A stretch of DNA of 64,000 bases from Deltaproteobacteria bacterium (GTDB lineage: Bacteria > Myxococcota_A > Polyangia > Polyangiales > Ga0077539). Of this stretch, positions 20,901 through 27,955 are shown piece by piece; the stretch's first letter is position 1; each line of letters starts with the position of its first letter. The notes beneath the pieces are model-generated. The model ran no database searches and was not told the DNA's origin. It saw only the letters and a list, made by a program, of their open reading frames with translations. The position numbers and the translations under genes were made by a program. The stretch lies in NCBI GenBank assembly GCA_016704445.1, contig JADJAE010000165.1, positions 82,037-146,036 of the forward strand, given 5' to 3'.

Positions 20901-21017
20901 CCGCTGGCCACGGTGGTCATCGGGGGTCTGGTCTCCTCGACGCTGCTGACGCTGCTGGTGCTGCCGACGCTCTACGCCTGGCTGGGCCGGGTGCTGGGGC
21001 CGAAGCCCCCGGGGTAG
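17919..21017 (+). CDS. czcA: Heavy-metal efflux RND pump, CzcA/CusA family
   Basis: 1032 aa with 12 TM helices and two large periplasmic loops. Typical HME-RND N-terminus MLAWIVAASIRHRIAVLLGVVVLITLGV and the conserved VVDGAIILLENA motif. Confidence 0.9.
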   Translation: MLAWIVAASIRHRIAVLLGVVVLITLGVRAFMALPIDAVPDLTNVQVQVLTAAPSLGALDVERLVSAPVEMALSGIPEVQELRSLSRYGVSAVTVVFNDDVDAQVARNRVNERMPRIRGEVAAEIGVPEMGPLATGLGEVYQFEVRGEGRSPMELRSILDWQIAPRLRLVPGVIDVNVFGGELRTYEVTVDPQRMAVRHVALGEVITALERNHVAVGGGAISRGPEGLLVRGDAMIRSLDDLGDIVVSHRGGAPIYVRDVASTRFAPMLRQGAATRDGRGEVVVGMTLMLLGDNSRVVSRAVGDAVRLINPTLPPGVRIDPFYDRTTLVERTLSTVSLSLVEGGLLVVVVLFLMLRNLRAGLVAAAMIPLCMLSAFIGMRALGISGNLMSLGAIDFGLVVDGAIILLENAVHHLAQEGAVLKRPLTREERDEVVLRSALEVRGATAFGEVIIALVYLPVLTLQGIEGKTFQPMALTVLFALAGAFVLSLTFVPALASLLLPADAKDLPSPIVTAARWAYEPALRATLRWPAVTLGVALLCFGGSMVLAQTLGSEFVPQLNEGAIIVETVRQPSTGLAESVRQSTIIERVLRRFPEVTTVVSKTGRPEIANDPMGVEQSDVLVMLRPEAQILPAAEREALITRMHDALTRAVPGVGFGFTQPIQMRMNELLSGVRADVAVKVYGDDLPTLARLGAQVARALRGVRGATDLRTDRVEGMPVLRATIDRHAAARLGADAEEALAMVEAIGGRTVGNVLEGRQRYPLRVRLPEGLRDDVEALRRLPVHIAGDATVPLRDVALLEVIDEPVVINREALARRLVVQTNVRGRDLGGFAEEAQRAVRRSVRLPPGYRLEWGGQFENLERAKLRLAIVVPLALGLILALLYMSFRSVGATLLIFANVPFAATGGIVALWSRGLPLSLSASVGFIALFGVAVLNGLVLVTQIRQLREQGSGLVAASREGALRRLRPVLTTALVASLGFVPMAITSGAGSEVQRPLATVVIGGLVSSTLLTLLVLPTLYAWLGRVLGPKPPG

Positions 21018-21053
21018 AGCGGTCGCTCCGGGGAGGCGTAGACGTATGGAGCC

Positions 21054-21941
21054 CGAGCGGCAGCCAGTGGGTGCCGCTGGAGGACTGTGCGTTGGTCTCA
21101 TCTCGACGGGAGTGCCGCCCACTTCTGCGCTGAGCATTGGTCACAATTGGCTCAACCCGCTTGCAGGCTGGGGTTCCGCGCGATGGCGCGTCACCCCAGG
21201 CAACAGGATGGCCGCCCCGGGCATCGGCCCGGGGCTCCGGTCGGACGTCGCATGGACCGGGTCGATCGTGATCTACGATCGAGCACCGCGATGTCGTCCA
21301 CCTACGCCCGACTCTACGTTCATCTGGTCTGGGCCACGAAGGGGCGGGAGCCGTGGATCACCATCGACGTTGCACCGCGGCTGCACGGGATGATCGCCGG
21401 ACGCTGCGTCGCCCTCGGCTGCGTGGCCGTGGCCATCGGTGGCGTGGAGGAGCACGTCCACGCGCTCGTCGGGCTGAAGACCGATGTCGATGTGGCGCGC
21501 CTCACGCGCGAACTCAAAGCGGGCTCGTCCGCCTTCATGCACGGCGAGATCGGCGTCGATCGGTTCGGGTGGCAGGAGGGGTACGGCGCGTTCACGCTGC
21601 GCGACACCGAACTCGACACCGCCCGTCGCTACGTCCGAGACCAACCCCGTCACCACGCCGACGGGACCGCGCTCGACGACTGGGAGCGCAGCACGCCCCC
21701 GCGTGCCCGCTGAGACCACGATCGACCCGGTCCAAGCGACGTCCGACCGGAGCCCCGGGCCGATGCCCGGGGCGGCCATCCTGTTATTGCCTGGGGTGAC
21801 GCGCCATCGCGCGGAACCCCAGCCTGCAAGCGGGTTGAGCCAATTGTGACCAATGCTCAGCGCTGAAGTGGGCGGCACTTCCGTCGAGATGAGACCAACC
21901 CCCAGACGCAGAGCGGCAGCCACTGGGTGCCGCTGGAGGAG
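21054..21941 (+). mobile_element. REP-RAYT-REP unit: Y1 (IS200-like) transposase flanked by about 160-bp inverted REP-like arms (21092..21250 and 21740..21899) and by 30-bp direct repeats (21054..21084, 21910..21941)
   Basis: The arms are near-perfect reverse complements. The core is GCTTGCAGGCTGGGGTTCCGCGCGATGGCGCGTCACCCCAGGCAA(C/TAA)CAGGATGGCCGCCCCGGGCATCGGCCCGGGGCTCCG and contains the hairpin GCCCCGGGC-atcg-GCCCGGGGC. The direct repeat is GAGCGGCAGCCA(G/C)TGGGTGCCGCTGGAGGA. Confidence 0.8.
21291..21713 (+). CDS. tnpA: REP-associated tyrosine transposase (RAYT; IS200/IS605 TnpA-like Y1 transposase)
   Basis: 140 aa. MSSTYARLYVHLVWATKGREPWI, HVHALVGLKTDVDVARLTRELKAGSSAFM (HuH motif) and a catalytic-Tyr region (GYGAFTLRDTELDTARRYVRDQ). 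Confidence 0.8.
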   Translation: MSSTYARLYVHLVWATKGREPWITIDVAPRLHGMIAGRCVALGCVAVAIGGVEEHVHALVGLKTDVDVARLTRELKAGSSAFMHGEIGVDRFGWQEGYGAFTLRDTELDTARRYVRDQPRHHADGTALDDWERSTPPRAR

Positions 21942-22000
21942 CAGACGTCTGTCGGCGCGACCTCCGGCGCCGCGCCGCGGGCGCTATCGTCCCCTCCGCC

Positions 22001-22681
22001 ATGAGCTCCTCGGACGACGACACGACGCTGCGCGCCCTGCGCGCGATGATCGACGAGACCACGCGCGCCAGGGAGTCGCGCCTCGCCGCGCTGCTCGCCG
22101 AGATGGGCGCGCACCAGCGTGACATGGCCGCGCGCTTCCACGACCTGGGCGCCGCGCTGCTGGAGATCAAGCGGGCGAAGCTCTACACCGCGCGCGGCGT
22201 CGGCAGCCTCGCGGAGCTGCTGCGGGCCGAGGGCGGCGTCTCGCCGCGGCAGGCGCGAAAGCTCATGAAGGTCGCCGCGGGGATGACCGCGGCCCAGGCG
22301 CTGCCGCTCGGTCTGGAGCGGTCGTACGCGCTGCTGACGCACGTCGAGCAGGCGGGGGGACGCGGGGGCCTCGGGGCGTGGCTGTCGGGCCGTCGCACCA
22401 TCGGCGGCGAGCCGGTGGCGAGGGCGAGCCGGCGGGCGATCGAGGCGGCCACGCGCGCGCTGCGAGCGGAGCAGGAGGGCCCGCGCGCGCCGGGCGCGGC
22501 GGCGCGAAAGGCGGCGAGGGCGAACGGGGCGACGGCGCGGCGGGTGCGGCAGGCGATGCGGGCGTCGGAGTGGCCGACGGGGGACGTGACGGCGACGGCG
22601 AAGCGGGTGGTGATCACCCTCGACCGCGCGGCCGTCGACGCGTGGCTCGGGGAAGCGCCCGCCGGTCGACCGAAGCGGTGA
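22001..22681 (+). CDS. Hypothetical protein
   Basis: 226 aa ORF with helical, coding-like composition, sitting immediately after the right REP arm. No recognisable motif. Confidence 0.35.
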   Translation: MSSSDDDTTLRALRAMIDETTRARESRLAALLAEMGAHQRDMAARFHDLGAALLEIKRAKLYTARGVGSLAELLRAEGGVSPRQARKLMKVAAGMTAAQALPLGLERSYALLTHVEQAGGRGGLGAWLSGRRTIGGEPVARASRRAIEAATRALRAEQEGPRAPGAAARKAARANGATARRVRQAMRASEWPTGDVTATAKRVVITLDRAAVDAWLGEAPAGRPKR

Positions 22682-22698
22682 GGCGGTGCAGCTGCGCG

Positions 22699-23340
22699 CT
22701 AACGGAGCCTGAACGGGAAGGCGACCGAGAATGCGGCCCGACGGAAGGGCGGCACCGTCGCGGAGCGGGCCACCGCCGCGACGCAGGCGGCGACTCCGGC
22801 GGGGGTGCGTCGGCTGCTCACTCGGACGCCCTCGACGCTCCCGGTGGGGTTGAAGGTCACGACCACCCTGACCATCGCGCCGCTCCCGTCCCCGCAGTCC
22901 CTCACACGGTCCTGGAGCACACGCATCGAAGTCGCCGCGTCGGCCCGTGACGGGAACTCGGGAGACGGCGAGCCGGATGTGACCCCGCCATCGGGCGCCG
23001 CCGGACGGGGGACCCAGGGCCGTAGCGGGCAGCGGTCATCGGCAGCGATGAAGTTCAGGTCGGCGTCCCCCTCGTCATCGCAGTCGGGCTCCGCGGCGAC
23101 GGCGTTCGATGGAGGCGGCCCGGCATCCCCTGGAAGTGGCGAGAGCGCCGCGTAGATCCCGCGGAGTGGTCGATCGGTCGCGGCCCCGGCATCGCGAGCG
23201 AATGGCGGCGCGATCCCCGAGAACGCATCGCCGACGACGACCTCCTCCGCCGGTGCGGCGCTGGACGTCGACGTCGTCGAGGGCAAACGCGGTCGAGCTG
23301 CACACGCAGCGACCACGGACAGGGAGAGAACGAGCCTCAT
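22699..23340 (-). CDS. Lipoprotein with a TonB-C-like C-terminal domain (hypothetical)
   Basis: Internal start MRLVLSLSVVAACAARP (lipobox). The C-terminus VVTFNPTGSVEGVRV...ATVPPF resembles a TonB/TolA C-terminal fold. Confidence 0.4.
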   Translation of the reverse strand: MRLVLSLSVVAACAARPRLPSTTSTSSAAPAEEVVVGDAFSGIAPPFARDAGAATDRPLRGIYAALSPLPGDAGPPPSNAVAAEPDCDDEGDADLNFIAADDRCPLRPWVPRPAAPDGGVTSGSPSPEFPSRADAATSMRVLQDRVRDCGDGSGAMVRVVVTFNPTGSVEGVRVSSRRTPAGVAACVAAVARSATVPPFRRAAFSVAFPFRLR

Positions 23341-23744
23341 CCCCTGCTTGTCATGCAGGCTCAGCTCGCTGTCGAGCGACGGTGGAGGGAGGGAGCGTCG
23401 GCGGAGTGCGGCGGACACGCTCGATGACGGGCTCTTCGCCGCGAAACGAAGCGAGGCGGCGACACTGACAACGAACGAGTGTCAGTACGCCCGCCAGAGG
23501 CGATGCCGCAGCGCCCGGCCGATCTCGCGCGAGCGCGGGAAGGCCACCGCGCGGCTCCGCTCCGACCCGCCGACCGTGACGAACAGCGCCGGGAACCCGT
23601 TCACCGGCGCCACGTGCTGCGTCGCCGCGAAGCGCTCGGCGGCCTCGATCAGCGCCTGCGCCGCGGCCGGTCGCACCCGCCCCGAGTGGTGCTCCCGCCC
23701 CTACCGGTGCGGGAGGAGGTGCAGTGGGGGTATAGACTTTCGGG

Positions 23745-24350
23745 ATGTCTGGAGACGCCGCCCGCACCCTGGATCCGGAGTTCCCCAACCTCGCGCCGGA
23801 GGTGGTCGAGGGCTACCGCAGCGCGCCCGCGCACCTGATCGCGGAGATCATCGACGGCGGGCTCTCGCTCATGCCCCGGCCGCGTCGGAGGCACTCGCGG
23901 GCAGCGGGAGAACTGCACGGCGAGCTGCGCGGCCCCTTCGATCGTGGGCGCGACGGCCCGGGAGGGTGGGTGTTCCTCGACGAACCTGAGCTGCACCTGG
24001 GGCCTCGCCCGGACATCGTCATCCCCGACCTCGCGGGGTGGCGCACCGAGCGCACGCCCCCGGGCTTCCTCGCCGACGACTCCTCGGGCATCGCCCTCGC
24101 GCCCGACTGGGTGTGCGAGGTGCTCTCGCCTTCGACCGCGAGCACCGACCGCACGAAGAAGCTTCCGATCTACCGACGTGAGGGGATCGGCCACGCGTGG
24201 CTGATCGACCCGACCGCGCACACGCTGGAGGTGTTCCGGCGCCACGACCTCGGATGGCTGCTCATCGCGAGCTTCGAGGGCGCGAGCGTCGTGCGCGCCG
24301 AGCCCTTCGACGCCATCGAGCTCGACCTCGCGGGCCTCTGGGTCGACTGA
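23745..24350 (+). CDS. Uma2-family (DUF820) putative restriction-endonuclease-like protein
   Basis: 201 aa. PDIVIPDLAGW...VCEVLSPST...DRTKKLPIYRREGIGHAWLIDP...TLEVF matches the Uma2 PD-(D/E)xK core. Confidence 0.7.
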   Translation: MSGDAARTLDPEFPNLAPEVVEGYRSAPAHLIAEIIDGGLSLMPRPRRRHSRAAGELHGELRGPFDRGRDGPGGWVFLDEPELHLGPRPDIVIPDLAGWRTERTPPGFLADDSSGIALAPDWVCEVLSPSTASTDRTKKLPIYRREGIGHAWLIDPTAHTLEVFRRHDLGWLLIASFEGASVVRAEPFDAIELDLAGLWVD

Positions 24351-24403
24351 CACACGCGAGATTTCCGAGAACCACCGCCCCCGACAGGCGTCCTACCCGC
24401 TCG

Positions 24404-25729
24404 ATGCTCCCGCTACGGCGATCGCTCCTCGGGCTCCTCGGCTGCCTCGGTCTCCATCCCCTCCCGGTCAGCGCGCAGACCGCGCCCGCGATCGAGCGGG
24501 ACGGCGACGACGACCCCGAGGACACGGGCACCGGGCAGCTCCCGTTGGCCGGTCGCCTCGAGCGCGTCGGCCGCGGTCCGTCGGCGCTGCGGCGCATCTG
24601 CGACCTCACGCCCTTCCGAGGCGCCCTCTACTCGGCCCACGCGGTGTCGTCCCTCGGCTCCGACGGCGCGACCATCCTTCGCTACGACCCCTCGGACGCC
24701 GCCCGCCCCTTCCGCCTCGTCTTCGACTGGAACCGCCCCGGCCGCCCGACCGCCGGCGGCGCCGGTGGCCAGGGGTTTCTGCGCGTCCACGCCATCGGGT
24801 CGCGGCTCTTCGTGCCCGACGCCGACCCGCCCTACGGGGGCTTCGGGCTCGTCGACCACGGCACCGAGGGGTACGTCTTCCTCTCCGACCACGACGGCAA
24901 CTTCGCGCCCGCGCGAGGCGAGCGACTGCTGCCTCCCAGCGCACCCGACGACGCGGGAAGGCCCGGCGCGGCGGTGCTCCCGCGGGCCTACCACGTCATC
25001 GACGTCATCCGGTATCGAGGCATGACCCTGGCGTCGACGGGGTCGGTTCCGCCGCGAGAGCGCGCCTGGCGCGGGGCTTCACCGGGGGCGCTGCACGTCG
25101 CCGACGCGACGCTGCGCCGCTGGACCTACGCCATCGACTACCCCCACCCCTGGCAGAACGGCGTCTGGCGCATCGGCTTCATGGTGAGGTTTCGGGGACG
25201 GCTCTTCGGGGGCCTCCAGGACTACAACGGCCGGGAGCCCAACGACATGGTCGTGGTCGACGCTCCGCCGGGCGCCACCTCCCTCGCCCAGTCGATGCTG
25301 CGGGGCGTGCGGGTGACCCCCATGGGCGCGTCGCTCACCCTGCGCTGGTACGTCGACGGCGACACCCTCTACTGGATCGCCTGGCAGCGCCGCGGCGGCG
25401 TTCGTCTGTACCGCACCACGGACGGCGATCACTGGTCGGAGGTGGCGCTGCCCGCGGGGTCGGGAGCGCCGACGGACATCACCCGCTGGCGCGACGGGCT
25501 CGTGCTGCTCACCACGATGGGCGTCTGGCGTCTGGACGGCGCCTCGCTGCGGCTCATCGCCCCGGTGACGCGCGAGATGGTCGACCGCCGACGGGGAGGT
25601 CCCTTCGATGTGGGAGATGGGTTCTGCGCGGCGCCGCTCGCGGTGCTCAACGACACGCTGTACGCAGGATCACAGCGGGACGGCGCGCTCTGGAGGGTGG
25701 TGGAGGAGCCCCGGCAGGGAGGCCAGTGA
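24404..25729 (+). CDS. Secreted hypothetical protein
   Basis: ATG at 24404 gives MLPLRRSLLGLLGCLGLHPLPVSAQTAP (signal peptide). 441 aa, beta-rich composition. Confidence 0.5.
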   Translation: MLPLRRSLLGLLGCLGLHPLPVSAQTAPAIERDGDDDPEDTGTGQLPLAGRLERVGRGPSALRRICDLTPFRGALYSAHAVSSLGSDGATILRYDPSDAARPFRLVFDWNRPGRPTAGGAGGQGFLRVHAIGSRLFVPDADPPYGGFGLVDHGTEGYVFLSDHDGNFAPARGERLLPPSAPDDAGRPGAAVLPRAYHVIDVIRYRGMTLASTGSVPPRERAWRGASPGALHVADATLRRWTYAIDYPHPWQNGVWRIGFMVRFRGRLFGGLQDYNGREPNDMVVVDAPPGATSLAQSMLRGVRVTPMGASLTLRWYVDGDTLYWIAWQRRGGVRLYRTTDGDHWSEVALPAGSGAPTDITRWRDGLVLLTTMGVWRLDGASLRLIAPVTREMVDRRRGGPFDVGDGFCAAPLAVLNDTLYAGSQRDGALWRVVEEPRQGGQ

Positions 25730-25756
25730 CAGCGCGCCGTAGCCCCGACGCCTTAC

Positions 25757-26087
25757 CTCATCGTTGCCCTCTTCGAGCGCAGGCCGCTTGCAGGCTGGGG
25801 TTCCGCGCGCTGGCGCGTCACCCCAGGCAATAACAGGATGGCCGCCCCGGACAGGGTCCGGGGCTCCGAACGGCCGTTTCTGTGCGCAGGTTGCCGGGTC
25901 CGCTGTCGAGCGAACCGAGGGAGGCAGCCGGACGCCGGCGCGGCGACTCCGACACGTATCACGCGATGCCCGTTCGGAGCCCCGGGCCGATGCCGGGGCG
26001 GCCATCCTGTTATTGCCTGGGGTGACGCGCCAACGCGCGGAACCCCAGCCTGCAAGCGGCCTGCGCTCGAAGAGGGCAACGATGAGG
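25757..26087 (+). mobile_element. Solo REPIN: transposase-less inverted pair of the same REP-like core that flanks the RAYT
   Basis: Arms of about 116 bp at 25757..25872 and 25971..26087 are reverse complements and share the GCTTGCAGGCTGGGGTTCCGCGCG...CACCCCAGGCAATAACAGGATGGCCGCCCCGG core with the 21.1 kb and 21.8 kb arms. 98-bp non-coding centre. Confidence 0.75.
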
Positions 26088-26092
26088 GCGCC

Positions 26093-27046
26093 TTACCGCC
26101 CGTTGATCGCCCGATCGCCGTGCGCGCTGAGCATCCGCTCGCCGTGCCCGTTGAGGGGCGCGATGCCGCTGGTCTCGCCGCTCGTCGGGGAGAGCATCGC
26201 CGCGTCCACCGCGCGCATCGCCTCGCCCTCGAAGCCGCGGAAGGCCACCGTGCGGTGCGGCCGCAGCAGAGAGAGCTCGTACAGCTCCTGGTAGGCCTTG
26301 AGCACCTCGGGCTGGTCGCGCAGCGCCGAGAAGGCCCGGCCCACCGCCAGCGGGTACTGCGCCTTGGCCTCGGCCACCAGCGCCGCGACCTTCACGCCCG
26401 TGTCGGCCTCGAGCTGGGCCGCCGCAAGACGCCCGTTCTCGTCGAGGGCGGCCTTGGCGCGCTCCAGCCGGGCGGCGATGGTGCCGAAGATCTGCCGCGA
26501 CACCTCGGGCAGCAGCTTCACGTTGCGGATGAACACCCGCTCGATCTTGAGGCCCCAGCGCGCGGTCTCGTCGGAGATGTCCTGCTGGAGGCGCTCGCCG
26601 AGCTCGGTGCGGTCGCTGAGAATCTGCGAGAACTCCCGGTTGCCCAGGATGGACGTCGCCGCGTGGGAGACGAGGTTCTGCAGCGCGCGGTCCCAGTCGG
26701 CGACGCCGAAGATCGCCTTGGCCGGGTCCTCGATGCGAAACTCCAGCCAAAGGTCGACCATCAGCGTGGTGCCTCGGGCGTCGTTGACGTGCACGTCGTC
26801 GAAGAGCCGGAAGTCGCGGCGCAGGGAGACCGTGCGCAGCGACACCCAGGGGAGCATCCGAGCGGGCATCCACTGCATCCCCGGCTCGCGGAGCGTGCGC
26901 ACGAGACGCCCGAAGCTGGTGACCAGCACGGCGTCCTCGTCGTCGACCTCCACGGTCATCAGCCGACCGATGGAGATCAGCAGGGGGATGAGGGCCATGC
27001 CCGCGAGCACGCCGAAGACCAGGCGGAAGACCTCGCTGCTGCTCAT
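26093..27046 (-). CDS. SPFH/band-7 domain protein (HflC/stomatin-like)
   Basis: ATG at 27046 overlaps the upstream gene stop (ATGA). N-terminal membrane anchor FRLVFGVLAGMALIPLLISIG, then an SPFH core and a coiled-coil tail. Confidence 0.75.
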   Translation of the reverse strand: MSSSEVFRLVFGVLAGMALIPLLISIGRLMTVEVDDEDAVLVTSFGRLVRTLREPGMQWMPARMLPWVSLRTVSLRRDFRLFDDVHVNDARGTTLMVDLWLEFRIEDPAKAIFGVADWDRALQNLVSHAATSILGNREFSQILSDRTELGERLQQDISDETARWGLKIERVFIRNVKLLPEVSRQIFGTIAARLERAKAALDENGRLAAAQLEADTGVKVAALVAEAKAQYPLAVGRAFSALRDQPEVLKAYQELYELSLLRPHRTVAFRGFEGEAMRAVDAAMLSPTSGETSGIAPLNGHGERMLSAHGDRAINGR

Positions 27047-27924
27047 GAGTGATGCTCCTTCACGAAGACGGCGCGGGACTCGGAGAGCACCTCCGCGCGG
27101 CGGCGGTCGATGTAGTCGCGGAGGGTGCCCTCGCGGTGCAGGGAGGAGAGCGCGGTGGCGAGCGTGCGCACCTCCGTCTCCACGGCCTCGGCGCGGGCGC
27201 GGGCGATGGCGATGCCCTGCTCCGAGGCCAGCACCCGCTGCTCGCAGTCGGCCTGCGCGCGGAAGTAGAGCGCCTCGGCCTCGGTCTGCGCCTGGATCAT
27301 CCCGTTGAGCGCCTCGGCGAGCTCGTCGGGCGGCAGGATGTCCGTGAGGTCGACGGCGTTGAAGTGCACCCCGTAGCGGTCGCCGATCTGCGTGCGGCAG
27401 AACTCCGCGATGCGGCGGTTGAGGTCGACGCGCTCGCGGCGGATGAGCGCGTAGGCCCCTCCCCCGGCGCCCAGGTCGGCGCGGGCGAGGTCGCGGGAGG
27501 GCGTGGTCTCGACGCGGAAGTTCGCGATCTCGTTGCGCAGCAGGCAGGTGAAGAGCCCGGTGATGTGCTCGATGGGCGCGCGCAGCCCGAAGAGGAACTC
27601 CTCCAGACGCGCCTCGATGGGCTGGTAGCGGAGGATGGAGTCGAAGCGCAGCACGGTGCCGTCCTCGGCCATGGCCATCTGTCCGCCCTTCTCGCCGGAG
27701 AGGTCGACGGACTGCTCCATCGTCGGCACCAGCACCACCCGCTGCCACGGGCGCTTCTGGTGCAGCCCGGGCTTGTAGGTGCGGAGCCCGCCGGAGGAGT
27801 CGCGCTCGACCGCCCCGAAGGAGGTGAGCACCGCGAGGTGCCCCTCCCCCACGCGGAAGTAGCAGCGCGACGCCACCATGAGGCCGTAGATCAAGAGACC
27901 GATCAGCAATCCCCAGACGATCAT
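27043..27924 (-). CDS. SPFH/band-7 domain protein (HflK-like), second paralogue
   Basis: ATG at 27924 gives MIVWGLLIGLLIYGLMV, with an AAGAGGA RBS 10 nt upstream. SPFH core and a C-terminal coiled coil. Confidence 0.7.
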   Translation of the reverse strand: MIVWGLLIGLLIYGLMVASRCYFRVGEGHLAVLTSFGAVERDSSGGLRTYKPGLHQKRPWQRVVLVPTMEQSVDLSGEKGGQMAMAEDGTVLRFDSILRYQPIEARLEEFLFGLRAPIEHITGLFTCLLRNEIANFRVETTPSRDLARADLGAGGGAYALIRRERVDLNRRIAEFCRTQIGDRYGVHFNAVDLTDILPPDELAEALNGMIQAQTEAEALYFRAQADCEQRVLASEQGIAIARARAEAVETEVRTLATALSSLHREGTLRDYIDRRRAEVLSESRAVFVKEHHS

Positions 27925-27955
27925 TGGGAGTTCATCCTCTTCATGGGTTGGAACC

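Noticed and set aside
19502-21144. ORFs 19502..21133 (+), 19809..21137 (-) and 20917..21144 (-)
   Set aside because: Alternative-frame or antisense shadows of czcA.
21046-22342. ORFs 21046..21393, 21273..21923, 21784..22170, 21853..22122 and 21857..22342 spanning the REP arms
   Set aside because: They are created by the inverted-repeat arms (the same peptide appears on both strands), so they are non-coding repeat sequence. Only the 140-aa RAYT at 21291..21713 is real.
23482-23676. 64-aa - strand ORF (GTG start) MRPAAAQALIEAAERFAATQHVAPVNGFPALFVTVGGSER...
   Set aside because: Protein-like composition, but it is bounded by an upstream stop, has no RBS and no recognisable domain. Possibly a gene remnant between the TonB-C lipoprotein and Uma2; not called.
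25753-26294. ORFs 25753..26079 (-), 25764..26294 (+) and 25838..27052 (+) over the solo REPIN
   Set aside because: Mirror-image translations of the palindromic REPIN; no coding capacity.
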